Source of the DNA: Macrostomum hystrix
Taxonomy: Eukaryota > Animalia > Platyhelminthes
Length of the DNA: 64,000 nucleotides
Assembly: GCA_950097015.1 (NCBI GenBank)
Contig: CATNEN010000031.1
Span: 682,001-746,000, forward strand
Direction of reading: 5' to 3'
Shown here piece by piece: positions 11,517 to 23,861 of the stretch (the first letter of the stretch is position 1; every line of letters begins with the position of its first letter). The notes beneath the pieces are model-generated. The model searched no databases. It was not told the origin of the DNA and worked only from the letters and a program-made list of their open reading frames with translations. The position numbers were made by a program, and so were the translations under genes.

Positions 11517-13337
11517 CTACAGTCGCGATGACCTTTGCTGCAGCTGGTGCCTCTGCTCCAACAACTCATCCTGATCGCCCACGTTTCCCACCGAAGTCGG
11601 AGCCGATCCCGGCAGCATCACGACTCTCTGGCCGCGGGCGCCACCGCTTGTTTCGCTGCCTCCGCCGCCGCCGCCTCCGCTGTTAGCAGCAACCGTCCCC
11701 GGCTGCCCATTAGTCCTGAAGGCTGTCAGGTAAATGTAGAAAAATTCCACAACCTCAACAATGCACGCGCAGGTGAGGCCGATGGTCAACGAGCAGAGAC
11801 CGCCAATCTGGGACATTAGAGCATTCAATGTCAGGACCTGCTTCTCTTGTTTCAGGATCAAATTCTCGCCTTTCCGCTTGAGAACAACGTACGCAAAGTT
11901 TTTAGACTCAACCATCTGGTCGGCTGATTCCTGTATCGAGGTCAAGTTGTCCTTTGTCAGGTAGTGCATCAGTCGTTCCTTCACGACGTCGAATTGGGGC
12001 GCTAGGCCCTCGAGTGCCTCCTGTGGCCCGTCGTCGCGTCGATTCATCAGCCGCTGAAGCTCTTCGATGTCGTTCAAGTACTTTCCCGACCAGTACACCT
12101 GCCAGTCCGTGGCTCCCCACTCTGTCACCGACAGTTTGGTCTCGTACTCGGAGAACACGCACCTGGACAGGCAAGGAGCTGGCTGCTCCTCGCTTGACTG
12201 TACTTTTTGGACGAAGCAGTCGGAGTAGTGCAGAAAGTCGTCCAGCGTGCGGTTGAAGGCGTCCGTGAAGGTACCGCAGTAGGCAACGTCGGTGCCAGGC
12301 ATGCTGGGGCGCGGATGTCCCGGCAGGCAGATAATGCAGCCGCAACGATCTATGGCCGCCCGCTGTGTCCTCAACCTGGTGCACTCGCGCTGCGTGTACT
12401 CAAAGCGTCGGCCAAGGTCCTCGAATGACTCGGCGTCGCCCTCGATGCACGGCTTCATCGGCGTGTTGCTGCGATTCCAGATTGTCGGCGTGTAGGCCAG
12501 CTCCGTCATTTTGCCGGCCTCGATGTTTTTTCCGAATTGTTCAACATCGGGGTATCGGTTCGGCTCGTGCACGACCACGCGCAGGCCGGTAGCCTGGTCG
12601 AACACGTCGTTAAGAAAGCCCTGCTGCATGTTCAAATAATCAGGCTTCGGGCCGAGGTCAACTGCCAAGCCTAAAAAGTTCGTGTCCAGCGAGGAGGTCT
12701 CATTGTTCGGCTCCACAGTGTAGCAATTGAAGTGCTTCGGATGCGAGAACAGCTTGATGCTGAACTGATGGTCGGTGAGGTTGCAAGGGTCCTTGAAGTG
12801 GCTCATGCCCTGCTTGGTAACAATGATGCACTTGCGAATCACGCTAGGTTCGTGGCTGAGTAGCGTGATGTCTTCATAGCGCACATTCTGATAGTACATT
12901 TCCAGCATGTCGTAATAGAGTGCGTAGAAAATCGGCAGGGCGTCTCCCTGCTTGATGCGAGAAAATTTTTCTCCGGTCTTGTTGATGGCGTCCTGGGCCC
13001 AGCGGCGCAGGCGCCTGTTGTAGTCTCTGGGCGACATGACGGTGCCGTTGGCCCACAGACTGAACGCTCTTTGGGAGAATGGCCGGTGCAAGCAGATTGT
13101 GATGGCCGGAAACTTGGACGGAAACTCGGGAATGTCGGACGTGTGAACGATGACGTCATATTGCAGGTAGCTGCGCACAGCTAATGAGGACGAGATGACG
13201 AGCACAAGAGTCATGCCGATGATGAAGGAGAGCCACATCCGCCTGAGGAAGCTGGACGAGGATCTTGCAATCTTAGGCATGCCGCGAATGGAGCTGCACT
13301 CGCAGAACAGCATCGCGCTTGTCTTGCGGCCCTCCAT
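11517..13337 (-). CDS. DEG/ENaC (amiloride-sensitive sodium channel family) subunit, 606 aa, channel encoded in one exon
   Basis: TM1 (MWLSFIIGMTLVLVISSSLAV), FPAITIC, GLRVVVHEP, Cys-rich thumb (CTRL...RCGC...YC...C...CLSRC), TM2 LMSQIGGLCSLTIGLTCACIVEVVEF. Acceptor ctttcag| at 13353-13352 implies an upstream exon, possibly coding. Confidence 0.95.
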   Translation of the reverse strand: MEGRKTSAMLFCECSSIRGMPKIARSSSSFLRRMWLSFIIGMTLVLVISSSLAVRSYLQYDVIVHTSDIPEFPSKFPAITICLHRPFSQRAFSLWANGTVMSPRDYNRRLRRWAQDAINKTGEKFSRIKQGDALPIFYALYYDMLEMYYQNVRYEDITLLSHEPSVIRKCIIVTKQGMSHFKDPCNLTDHQFSIKLFSHPKHFNCYTVEPNNETSSLDTNFLGLAVDLGPKPDYLNMQQGFLNDVFDQATGLRVVVHEPNRYPDVEQFGKNIEAGKMTELAYTPTIWNRSNTPMKPCIEGDAESFEDLGRRFEYTQRECTRLRTQRAAIDRCGCIICLPGHPRPSMPGTDVAYCGTFTDAFNRTLDDFLHYSDCFVQKVQSSEEQPAPCLSRCVFSEYETKLSVTEWGATDWQVYWSGKYLNDIEELQRLMNRRDDGPQEALEGLAPQFDVVKERLMHYLTKDNLTSIQESADQMVESKNFAYVVLKRKGENLILKQEKQVLTLNALMSQIGGLCSLTIGLTCACIVEVVEFFYIYLTAFRTNGQPGTVAANSGGGGGGGSETSGGARGQRVVMLPGSAPTSVGNVGDQDELLEQRHQLQQRSSRL

Positions 13338-14315
13338 GTCGGATGACGTCTCTGAAAGGGCAATTGAAGACAGTTCTCATAAATCAACGACAGGGCATTG
13401 CGCTTGGCTTAACAGAGCGCACAATCTGCTGCACAGCTACTGCCCGCATTTGCCACAGGCCTGATTCTCAGGTCTGAGGTCTCGGATTCCGCTGCAAGCC
13501 AAGCTTTGCAGCATCCCGGGCATTTTAGCGGTCGCTATGATAGATGAGCCGCTGCGAAGCTTATCGCCACCTTGAAGCAGGGAATGTCAAGAAAGCCCAT
13601 GAAGGTGCCTGCCAACCAGACAAATTCTGACGCAAAGAAACGGGCAGGCTGCTGCTTTAACAGCTAGCTAAAGTTGAAGATCAATCAGCTGCTGATTGAT
13701 TGACCGAAGGCGGCAGGGATGATGCAAATGCCAGGCCCGATCGTGTGTGTCTGGGGAGTTTTGGGGAATTTTGCGGAGTGGCAAAGGTCGATAGCCGACT
13801 TCATCAGTTGGTCGAGCGCGGGGGCTAGGAGAGTGAGATTGGGAAGATGAAACTGCAAGCTTTATTGTTGAGCCGCGTCAGAATTGATCTGCCAGCTGAT
13901 AAAGATATCCCATGACTATTCTCCACGCCGCGGCTGTCAATCCCATCTCAGCTTGCTAGGCGCTGGAGAATCGTAGCAAGCGAGATTTGAGCCGATCGAT
14001 AAAATGCCGGCCAAGGTGACGACTGCGCAGGTCAAGTCCGTGTCTGCACTGCCTGCCGCGCGCATGTCATCAATATGGCAGACTTCTGCACTTTTTTTCA
14101 CAGCCTCTATAATGACTTCTAATGGACGAGTGACCCGTGATAGGGATTCTCTTCCTACTTGGATCTTTACCAGATAGGGGATCTGTTAGTTTCGCAAAAG
14201 TGCACTCAGGACTCAGCTCGATAAGACAGCTTATTGAAGCACTCACGTTTAGATTTAGTCAAGCCAGTGGCGCTGGTTCCAGGAGCCGCTGAAGATACAG
14301 ATTTGCGAAATCTGG

Positions 14316-14316
<1 letters not shown>

Positions 14317-14350
<34 letters not shown>

Positions 14351-14352
14351 TG
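14317..14352. repeat. (CTG)n microsatellite
   Basis: Direct reading. Confidence 0.95.
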
Positions 14353-15654
14353 TTCTAACTCGTCCTCTAGAAAAGCTTTCCTGCAATCTTCGTCGACGCT
14401 TTCTAAAAAAACAATTTTTTATGTTGTTTTCACTGTAATTTTTTGGAAATTAGCTTTGCCGGGGTACAAGAAATCACCTTCGGGAGGAAAGACTGTGAAA
14501 TTGAAGCGGAAAAGAAGGATTAACCGGACCCCTATCCTAACTGGACTTGCGTAGAAATTCAATATCGCCATTTATTTGCTCGGAGCTGATTCGTCCACAG
14601 CGGAGGGATGGGTGGCGACTGAGACAGCAAGGCAAATCGTCATTGGGAAAAGCCAGTCTGAGGGGATCCTTCAGTCGATGGGAACAAGGCCGCGGGAGAG
14701 GAGACGAAGGGACAGACACGCCCTTCGGATGGTCCCCGGAGACAGCTGGGCCGGCGCATCATTAAATTTAATTACCGAAAACGAAAAATACACAAACATG
14801 TGGAGTGAAGCAACGGCACCGGTGCCAGTGCTGCAAAATGCTCAGGCGGAACCTAAAATAATAAAAAGAGACCAAGAGCTGCCGGATCCACATCATCCCA
14901 TTTTCTCCGATTCCCCCAGGAAGTGGACCGCTGCGATGGCTTGAGATGCTGTCATTCCGTTCAAGAATGTAGCTTACAAGTGAGCTGTTAGTGAAGGACT
15001 GTATTACACGGTGTTTAGGCAATTTAGGCATTACGAAATTGGTCAATAGAGGATTTCTAATAACAACTGCCATTCGAAGTAAAAGTGCATCTAGATCGTA
15101 TGTTTCTTTGTCGAGCTCCCGTGCGAGAGCCAAGTCCATGCTTCAGATTTCCCCAGATTTTTTCTTGCTCTATTTCAAACAAAAGCTCGGAATTGACCTC
15201 TCTAAAACAGAATCTCAGGCGTTGGGATCTGCATAAAATTTGCATAAGCGTTGCTGCTAATTGAACTGCTCATATTCAACGACTGGCAGTTCCAATCAAT
15301 TTCGATATGAGGCACTTGAGTTTAACACAGGCGGACTTGTGTGAGCCACTTGGCCATAAAGAGGCCAGCTACGAGCTGGCGGAGGGCGTGCGACCTAGTG
15401 CGTCCATTGCACATGCGTAGGCTGTGTAATCGATTACACGAGTTATTCTCGTTGTAAATGATTGGCCGATTTATTATTTAAGGTATTATCTCAGCCTCCC
15501 TGAGCATTTCCTAGCGCTTTTATCTTGAATAATATTTTTTCCTTCTTCAATTCTGAAAATTTATTGCGGAACCTGCGAACTGGGAATAAAGCTTTGTGTC
15601 CGAAACGTTCGACCCACGAGCCAAGGGTCGTAAAATTCGTGACTCACATCCAAT

Positions 15655-15893
15655 GGGTCTGAGCACACACCGCACAGATACACAGGCATACTCATACAGG
15701 TGTGTCTCATCGTCAGTCAGTTAACACTTTCACTGCGAGTTGGAGGTTGGCCCTCAATGGCGTAAATTGCGCGACAAGCCGCCAAGCCTTCTCTCCGCGA
15801 CCGGGACCGAAAAGAATGTGGCCTCAGCGCGGAATCGAGCGCAGGACCTTGGTGCGAAAGGCAAAAGCGTTAGACCGCTCTGCCACTCACCCC
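15655..15893 (-). mobile_element. tRNA-derived SINE (family B), partial copy (5' part)
   Basis: Shares GGAGGTTGGCCCTCAA, AAGCCTTCTCTCCGC, GTGCGAAAGGCAAA and CTCTGCCAC blocks with the copy at 9980-10322. Confidence 0.8.
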
Positions 15894-16395
15894 CCGTTTG
15901 CTTGTGTTAGGCGTGTCACAATGTCCTGACTAAACTCAGAACCTTTTCGGACTTATTCGTAGGTCAATTTTTACTCACGCATTTCGAAATCTTCAGCCGC
16001 GTTGCTTCCAGTGGTGGAGGACAAGCGAAATCTGTTGGCCCTCATTCCAGCTGAGGGTGATTGCTTCTATTATTAGATGCTAAATGTGCCAAAAAATAAT
16101 CAGTCTATAATTACCACGGAAGTGGGATCAGAAGGGAAGAAAATATAATTTAACACGCGGATATAACTTTCCGCCAGTGGGTTCAAGCCGGCAGAGGCAA
16201 CCGTTTGCTGGTTGGCCGCCCAACCCAAATTGAAGAATGGAATACGAAAATGGACTGCGACATTGGGGCGGCTGGGATCTGGGAGCGAATTGTCTGGTTG
16301 CAGCTTTGGGGTGTAGCAGGGAATGGGATTTTAAATTTCCGTATTGTGCAGCCCAGAAGGGGAGCGACTCTTATGCCCTATGACTGAAATCTATC

Positions 16396-16975
16396 TGTCT
16401 ATCTATCATCTATCATCTATCATCTATCATCTATCATCTATCATCTATCATCTGTCATCTGTCATCTATCATCTATCATCTATCATCTATCATCTGTCAT
16501 CTATCATCTATCATCTATCATCTGTCATCTATCATCTGTCATCTATCATCTATCATCTATCATCTGTCATCTGTCATCTATCATCTATCATCTGTCATCT
16601 GTCATCTATCATCTATCATCTGTCATCTATCATCTGTCATCTGTCATCTATAATCTATCATCTGTCATCTATCATCTATCATCTATCATCTATCATCTAT
16701 CATCTATCATCTGTCATCTATCATCTGTCATCTATCATCTATCATCTATCATCTATCATCTGTCATCTATCATCTATCATCTCTCATCTATCATCTATCA
16801 TCTATCATCTATCATCTATCATCTATCATCTGTCATCTATCATCTATCATCTATCATCTATCATCTATCATCTGTCATCTATCATCTATCATCTATCATC
16901 TATCATCTATCATCTATCATCTATCATCTATCATCTATCATCTATCATCTATCATCTATCATCTATCATCTATCA
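16396..16975. repeat. 7-bp microsatellite (ATCTATC/ATCTGTC)n
   Basis: Direct tandem copies; explains the spurious IYHLSS ORF. Confidence 0.97.
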
Positions 16976-17994
16976 AATTAATAACCTGAAAATTACATAC
17001 AAGTGTGCCAAGTAATGTATTGCAGTTGGCCTCGGGGCCTCAAAAACACATTACCAATATCTCTACAACATGTTTTCACTAATATTCAATAAATTACTGG
17101 CCAAACCCCATAGGACTGGAAATAATTATTTTGAGCAGGACTCCGACACAGACCTGCAGTTCGGGAATTGGCGTCCTGTTTCCACTGCAAAAATTTGTGT
17201 CCTTATCCAGAACTCTTAACTCTGCATTATTTCATTAGCTGGGGTAATTGAAGGTGGGTGTGGGGCCCCCTCCTCACGCACACAGATACTGTACGTGAAC
17301 ATCTGCCCTGCCATGACTCAAAATTGATATATAAAAATTCAGTAACCAGTGAGGACGTGCGCTTGATCTAACCCAATAAAAATAATGTCTTAGTACATTT
17401 CTACTAATAGCAATAAGGTAATGTGTTCAGTCGGCCAAAGCATGTCTCAAATAGTTTTCTGTTTATTTAGCTGAAAGTTGCCAGAAGCAAATAAGACTTC
17501 AGAGTTTGTCAGCTTGAGTACTGTCTACTCCACAGCATCCGAGAGTAAATGGTTGAATCGGATATTCCAGTTATAGCAGTTATCCCACAGCCATCAACCG
17601 GTCCAGTCGCACGGATACGGGCGCAAAATTTACCCAGCAGACTATTTCCCTCCGTTATATACAATGTTCCGCGTAATACTATTAGCTGCGCTTGGTAACT
17701 AGGCAAATTCTGGCTGCACTTTATGTTAGACCTGGCTCCTATTCCATAGTGGGACTCTAACTTATCTGCTTATAGCTTAATGCGGGGTCGCTTCGCTGAA
17801 TTCACAATCGTCTGCGCGTCGGGAGGGTTCAGTCTAAGGCTTCGGTCAATTAAATGAAAATGAATTTGCACTTCTATGCCATGTTGCAGTTCAAATCTAA
17901 TTTATATGGAGACTCTATAGACAAGATATTTAGGTATCAAATTAATGTTTCGCTATATAGCAGGTAGATTTTCTGTCTCGTTTTGTCAAATCTC

Positions 17995-18400
17995 TTTGGG
18001 ATCAGGAAGGCTTGGGATTCACAAATCTGGGAGGTTTGGGATACTCCGATCTGGAAAGTTTGGGATTCTACGATCTAGAAAGTTAGGGATTCTCCCACCT
18101 GGGAAGTATGGGATTCTCCCATCTGGGAAGTATGGGATTCTCCCATCTCGAAGGTTTGGGATTCTCCCATCTAGGAGGTTTGGGATACTCCGTTCTGGAA
18201 GGTTTGTGATTCTCCCATCGCAAGGGTTTTGGATTCTCCCATCTGCGAAGTATGGGATTGTCCCATCTGGGAGGTCTGGGATTCTCCCACCTGGGAAGCA
18301 TGGGATTCTCCCACCTGGGAAGTATGGGATTCTCCCATCTAGAAGGTTTGGGATTCTCCCACCTGGGAGGTTTGGGATACTCCGATCTGGATGGTTTGGG
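17995..18400. repeat. 24-bp degenerate minisatellite (GGGATTCTCCCACCTGGGAAGTAT)n
   Basis: Direct tandem copies with variants. Confidence 0.9.
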
Positions 18401-19268
18401 ATTTTCTTAGTTTTAGGGACTTGGGATTTTGTTAAGTTTTGTTGTTTGGGTTTTTTGTTGGTTTGGGATTATCCTAATCCTTGACTTAGATTTCCCTAAA
18501 TTTCGAGTTATCTAAAATTTGCGTAGGAAAATTCTCCCATCTAGCCAATTTTCTTCCCAAAGCAACCATCGAGTACTTGGGTATTCGATGCTAGTCGAAC
18601 AATTATCTAAGAAGATAGCATTCAGCTGGCCCTCAGAACTCACCTGGGAGATAGGGGCCCAGCTGTTTTGCTATGTGTTATATGGTTCTTGCTTTTCCAA
18701 TTTTTTCTTTCGGACAAAATGGAGAAAGAAAAATTTCACTAAACAATAAAAAATTCACGAGCGGTTTTCCTCGAGACAGAAGCCTAATTGAATCTGCAGC
18801 GGATCAGCTGTTACTGCTGCGGCTGTCCACTTTAATTATCCAAATTTAAGGTGCCGCCGATGAAATCGTCAATAATTAATAAAAGAGCGAGATTAGTTTT
18901 TAAGCTACTTGCAGTAGTTAGGAAATTATCGCAAGTGCTGATGTAGCTGTTCATTCGAAGAAAAATGTGCATCTAAAAAATCTGTTAAAAAATCATCTGT
19001 CTGATCAACCCCAGAGTCCTGAGCTCCATCACGGAGCACTCTACTCGATGAACGCTGACACGAAATCTCGTATGGATTCTATGCACGAATGCCATCAGTA
19101 TTCGTTCCGTTTTTATTTCATCCTCACAAGCAGATCCCATTGATTAGCTTCCTGCCTCCTCTCTCGCACTATTTTCCGTCTTTCTGCTGCTTTTAAAAGA
19201 AAAATATTCCCCCAAAACGCTTTAGCAAAGTAATATTGCTTTTCTGGTTTTTCTGGTCAGAATGCTAA

Positions 19269-19269
<1 letters not shown>

Positions 19270-19322
<53 letters not shown>

Positions 19323-19323
19323 A
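19270..19323. repeat. (CTG)n microsatellite
   Basis: Direct reading. Confidence 0.97.
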
Positions 19324-19734
19324 TGGGATTTTTTTTCAACCATCCTGTCAGTGAGTCGTCAGCTCATTTGGGGATTATGAAGGCCCGTCTGTCAATTTTA
19401 AGCTCGTGTCCACAGCCAGCAGTCATTGACACTGACAATGCCTAATGAAATACAATTGAATTACTAATTAACCTTCAGGCTGCTCACTGAGTGCTCAACA
19501 GTGACTTCTTGGCACAGGCATTTTAGACTAAAAAAGAGTTTACCAGCATAGAGTGCCCCCAGCATTCCTAGGTGATTTTTCCGAGGAATTTTTCTCGTAC
19601 TATGCAAAAAACTAACAATTCTACACAGTATTAACTCAAGAATAGCAGATAGGCCTGACCGACTGTGTCTTCGGTTCAGGCAGGCTCAATCTCACTCTTC
19701 TTGAGCACTGATAATGGCATTATCTCACTTTAGG

Positions 19735-20375
19735 CTATTGTCACTCTGCAGGCTAATTATCACTCTGCAGGTTAATTGTCACTCTGCAGGTTAATTGTCA
19801 CTCTGCAGGTTAATTGTCACTCTGCAGGCTAATTGTCACTCTGTAGCCTACTGTCACTCTGTAGGCTAATTGTCACTCTGCAGGTTAATTGTCACTCTGT
19901 AGCCTATTGTCACTCTGTAGGCTAATTATCACTCTGTAGCCTATTGTCACTCTGCAGGTTAATTGTCACTCTGTAGCCTATTGTCACTCTGTAGGCTAAT
20001 TATCACTCTGTAGCCTACTGTCACTCTGCAGGTTAATTGTCACTCTGTAGCCTATTGTCACTCTGTAGGCTAATTATCACTCTGTAGCCTACTGTCACTC
20101 TCCAGGTTAATTGTCACTCTGTAGCCTATTGTCACTCTGAAGGCTAATTGTCACACTATAGACTAATTGTCACTCTGCAGGCTAATTGTCATACCGCAGG
20201 CCATTGTCATACCGCAGGCTATTGTCATACCGCAGGCTATTGTCATACCGCAGGCCATTGTCATACCGCAGGCCATTGTCATACCGCAGGCCATTGTCAT
20301 ACCGCAGGCCATTGTCATACCGCTGGCCATTGTCATACCGCAGGCTATTGTCATACTACAGGCTATTGTCATAGC
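19735..20375. repeat. Compound 18/19-bp minisatellite (ATTGTCACTCTGCAGGTTA / ATTGTCACTCTGTAGCCT) grading into (ATTGTCATACCGCAGGCC)n
   Basis: Direct tandem copies; shared ATTGTCA core. Confidence 0.9.
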
Positions 20376-20507
20376 GCAGTTAATTATTATTATTATTTTT
20401 GTTATTATTATCGTAGCACAAGCGATTGAGGTGCTGATTTTTTACGCAGCGAAAAATATTTCTTATCGAAATTGTCAACGAAATTGTAAGGAGTTAAAAG
20501 GAATAAT

Positions 20508-20944
20508 CACACTATACCACTATACCACTATACCACTATACCACTATACCACTATACCACTATACCACTATACCACTATACCACTATACCACTATACCAC
20601 TATACCACTATACCACTATACCACTATACCACTATACCACTATACCACTATACCACTATACCACTATACCACTATACCACTATACCACTATACCACTATA
20701 CCACTATACCACTATACCACTATACCACTATACCACTATACCACTATACCACTATACCACTATACCACTATACCACTATACCACTATACCACTATACCAC
20801 TATACCACTATACCACTATACCACTATACCACTATACCACTATACCACTATACCACTATACCACTATACCACTATACCACTATACCACTATACCACTATA
20901 CCACTATACCACTATACCACTATACCACTATACCACTATACCAC
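20508..20944. repeat. Perfect 8-bp array (CCACTATA)n
   Basis: Direct reading; no variant units seen. Confidence 0.97.
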
Positions 20945-21531
20945 TGACCAGAATTGCGTTAAAATCGTCTTAAAAATCATCAGTTCTTTTACTTGACAAG
21001 TATGAATTATATTTCATTGTAGTAATCATAGTATATTTGAACCACATGATGCTAGTAACATGCGCAAGTTGCTACTATCAGGAAAGCAGATCGCAAATGT
21101 AAGCTTATTTAATTTTACACAAGCACAAAGTTAAATAAAAAAATTGGGCTGCGTGCAATAAGGCCGCATTTTACCAGTACCACAGGACGTATTTTACTGT
21201 AGATGCCTTAACAAACTACTTACAGCGGAACCGATGAGATTTTTAGTGAATGCTATTTACAGTTATTTTCGAACAACGAATCCTTTAATTGCCTTTTTAA
21301 TCCAAGTTTCCCTATGCATAAAAAGACCAACTCAGAAAAAAAAATTTTCTGCCTTTCAAAGTCTACCAATTGGCTAGCCAACCGTTTTTTGGACAATATG
21401 GCACAGGTAACTATTAACTATTAGCACAAGAAAAATGTCATCGTAAAGGCTATTGTGTTTTATGTGTAATTACTGGTGGGTTATTAGGGGTTACGGATGT
21501 ATTAGGCTCTAATTTACCAGCTGAATTTTAA

Positions 21532-21795
21532 GGTGTACTATAAGGGCACAGGTGTACTATAAGGGCACAGGTGTACTATAAGGGCACAGGTGTATTATAA
21601 GGGCACAGGTGTATTATAAGGGCACAGGTGTATTATAAGGGCACATGTGTATTATAAGGGCACAGGTGTATTATAAGGGCACAGGTGTATTATAAGGGCA
21701 CAGGTGTATTATAAGGGCACATGTGTATTATAAGGGCACAGGTGTATTATAAGGGCACAGGTGTATTATAAGGGCACAGGTGTATTATAAGGGCA
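21532..21795. repeat. 19-bp minisatellite (TATAAGGGCACAGGTGTAT)n
   Basis: Direct tandem copies. Confidence 0.95.
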
Positions 21796-22022
21796 CTTGT
21801 GTCTTATTAGGGTCCAGATAAAAGATTAGAGCCGAGATGAGGCTATGGTGTGCAAAAAGACTAAATATTTTAATTACATTATTCACCTTGTTCTCAGCAA
21901 GTCAATAGTCCCAAAATATCTCTGTACTTTCCTTTATTTACGAATCGCATAAGTCTTATCTGCTTAGTTAATTCTATTATGATAATAAAATATTCTCCAT
22001 CTACGTAATAGTTGAATGCGAA

Positions 22023-22211
22023 CTACAAGAACTTCTTCGATGAGCCGGAAGCTAGCACCGAGGCTGGAGGCAGCGGCTTCGATGGCGTCAATGACTCGTC
22101 GTGCATCGGCGACCCGGGCAGCGGAGCCAGCCGACCCTTGCCTTTCAGCGAGCTGCTGGAGCTGGCCGCTGATTGGCTGGGAGACTCGGTCAGCGAATTG
22201 CGCTTCTTCTG
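22023..22211 (-). CDS. FAM184A: FAM184A/B-like, exon 9 (last)
   Basis: catgcag|CAG acceptor; RLAPLPGSPMHDESLTPSKPLP...KKFL* resembles FAM184A RLDPIPNSPVHD...SKPLP...KTFL. Confidence 0.85.
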   Translation of the reverse strand, partial: QKKRNSLTESPSQSAASSSSSLKGKGRLAPLPGSPMHDESLTPSKPLPPASVLASGSSKKFL

Positions 22212-22247
22212 CTGCATGCGATTGGACAGAGGGGAACGAAAAGTTAT

Positions 22248-22620
22248 CGATTGCTTATCTAACCCCTCAGAATAAAATGGATTGCTTATCTAACCCCTCA
22301 GAATAAAATGGATTGCTTATCTAACCCCTCAGAATAAAATGGATTGCTTATCTAACCCCACAGAATAGAATGGATTGCTAATCTAACCCCACAGAATAGA
22401 ATGTATTGCTTATCTAACCCCACAGAATAGAATGGATTGCTAATCTAACCCCACAGAATAGAATGGATTGCTTATCTAACCCCACAGAATAGAATGGATT
22501 GCTAATCTAACCCCACAGAATAGAATGGATTGCTAATCTAACCCCACAGAATAGAATGGATTGCTAATCTAACCCCACAGAATAGAATGTATTGCTAATC
22601 TAACCCCACAGAATAGAATG
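22248..22620. repeat. 31-bp minisatellite (ATGGATTGCTTATCTAACCCCACAGAATAGA)n filling FAM184 intron 8
   Basis: Direct tandem copies. Confidence 0.95.
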
Positions 22621-22646
22621 GAAACAATGAGATTATCAAATCGCAC

Positions 22647-22760
22647 CTTGACGGCCAGTGGATTAACGAATCCCACCTGAGGCGCATTGCTGCTATTGAA
22701 CACTTTGTTATAGTTGGTCTCACGGTTGATGAGTTCATTTTTGTAAAACCGCATGTCCTC
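22647..22760 (-). CDS. FAM184A: FAM184A/B-like, exon 8
   Basis: cttcag| ... AAG|GTGCGA; EDMRFYKNELINRETNYNKVF matches FAM184A EDNKFYQLELVNRETNFNKVF. Confidence 0.93.
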
Positions 22761-23199
22761 CTGAAGAATTGAGGGACAAATAAAAAAGTGCACTGCAGAT
22801 ACCATTTTAGTAACGAAGAAAAGTCTAGAAAAATGACTAAACTTTGTAGTAAAACATTCAAGAAGCTTATACTTAAAATACCAGTAAATCTGACACAAAA
22901 TCCTATTATTTAATCTGATTTATTAAAAAAAGTTGTCACTGCCAATCAATTTTAAGTCGATCTTTTCAAGATAATCCACTTTACCAGATCCACTTATAAT
23001 GTGGGAGCTTATAAATCACTGAGTCTTAGCAGATCAAGAAAGCATTTATAATATCCGGAAAAGTTTCACTTCTTTATACATTTCCAAGAAAGGCGAAAAT
23101 CTAATTTGGCGAAGCAAGCAAGAAAACAATAATTTGCTACCTATTCTACTCATAGTAGCTCGTAGAATGTTAGTGGTATGAGAGAAATGCGAACATTCC

Positions 23200-23861
23200 A
23201 CACATCCGCCTCCCCAGGAACTCACTACCAGTTTGGCCACATCCGCCCCCACCCCCAGGAACTCACCACCAGCTTGGCCACATCCGCCCCCTCCCCCAGG
23301 AACTCACCACCAGCTTGGTCACTTCCGCCCCCTCCCCCAGGAACTCACCACCAGCTTGGCCACTTCCGCCCCCTCCCCCAGGAACTCACTACCAGCTTGG
23401 CCACATCCGCCCCCTCCCCCAGGAACTCACTACGAGCTTGGCCACATCCGCCCCCTCCCCCGGGAACTCACCACCAGCTTGGCCACTTCCGCCCCCTCCC
23501 CCAGGAACTCACTACCAGCTTGGCCACATCCGCCCCCTCCCCCAGGAACTCACTACCAGCTTGGCCATATCCGCCCCCTCCCCCAGGAACTCACCACCAG
23601 CTTGGCCACATCCGCCCCCTCCCCCAGGAACTCACCACCAGGTTGGCCACATCCGCCCTCTCCCCCAGGAACTCACCACCAGCTTGGCCACATCCGCCCC
23701 ATCCCCCAGGAACTCACCACCAGCTTGGCCACATCCGCCCCCTCCCCCAGGAACTCACCACCAGCTTGGCCACTTCCGCCCCCACCCCCAGGAACTCACC
23801 ACCAGCTTGGCCACTTCCGCCCCCTCCCCCAGGAACTCACCACCAGTTTGGCCACTTCCGC
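23200..23861. repeat. 41-bp minisatellite made of the exon 7 end plus 5' splice site (16 copies including the real junction)
   Basis: Minus-strand unit GGGGGAGGGGGCGGA(A/T)GTGGCCAAGCTGGTG|GTGAGTTCCT; copies at 23216, 23257, 23298, 23339, 23380...23831. Confidence 0.93.

Noticed and set aside
14676-14691. 16-mer CGATGGGAACAAGGCC shared with 54662-54677, both upstream of single-exon ORFs
   Set aside because: About one chance 16-mer match is expected in 64 kb (n^2/4^16 is near 1), and the flanks do not align.
15424-15439. Perfect 16-bp palindrome GTGTAATCGATTACAC, possibly an hAT subterminal motif
   Set aside because: No matching second terminus or TSD found.
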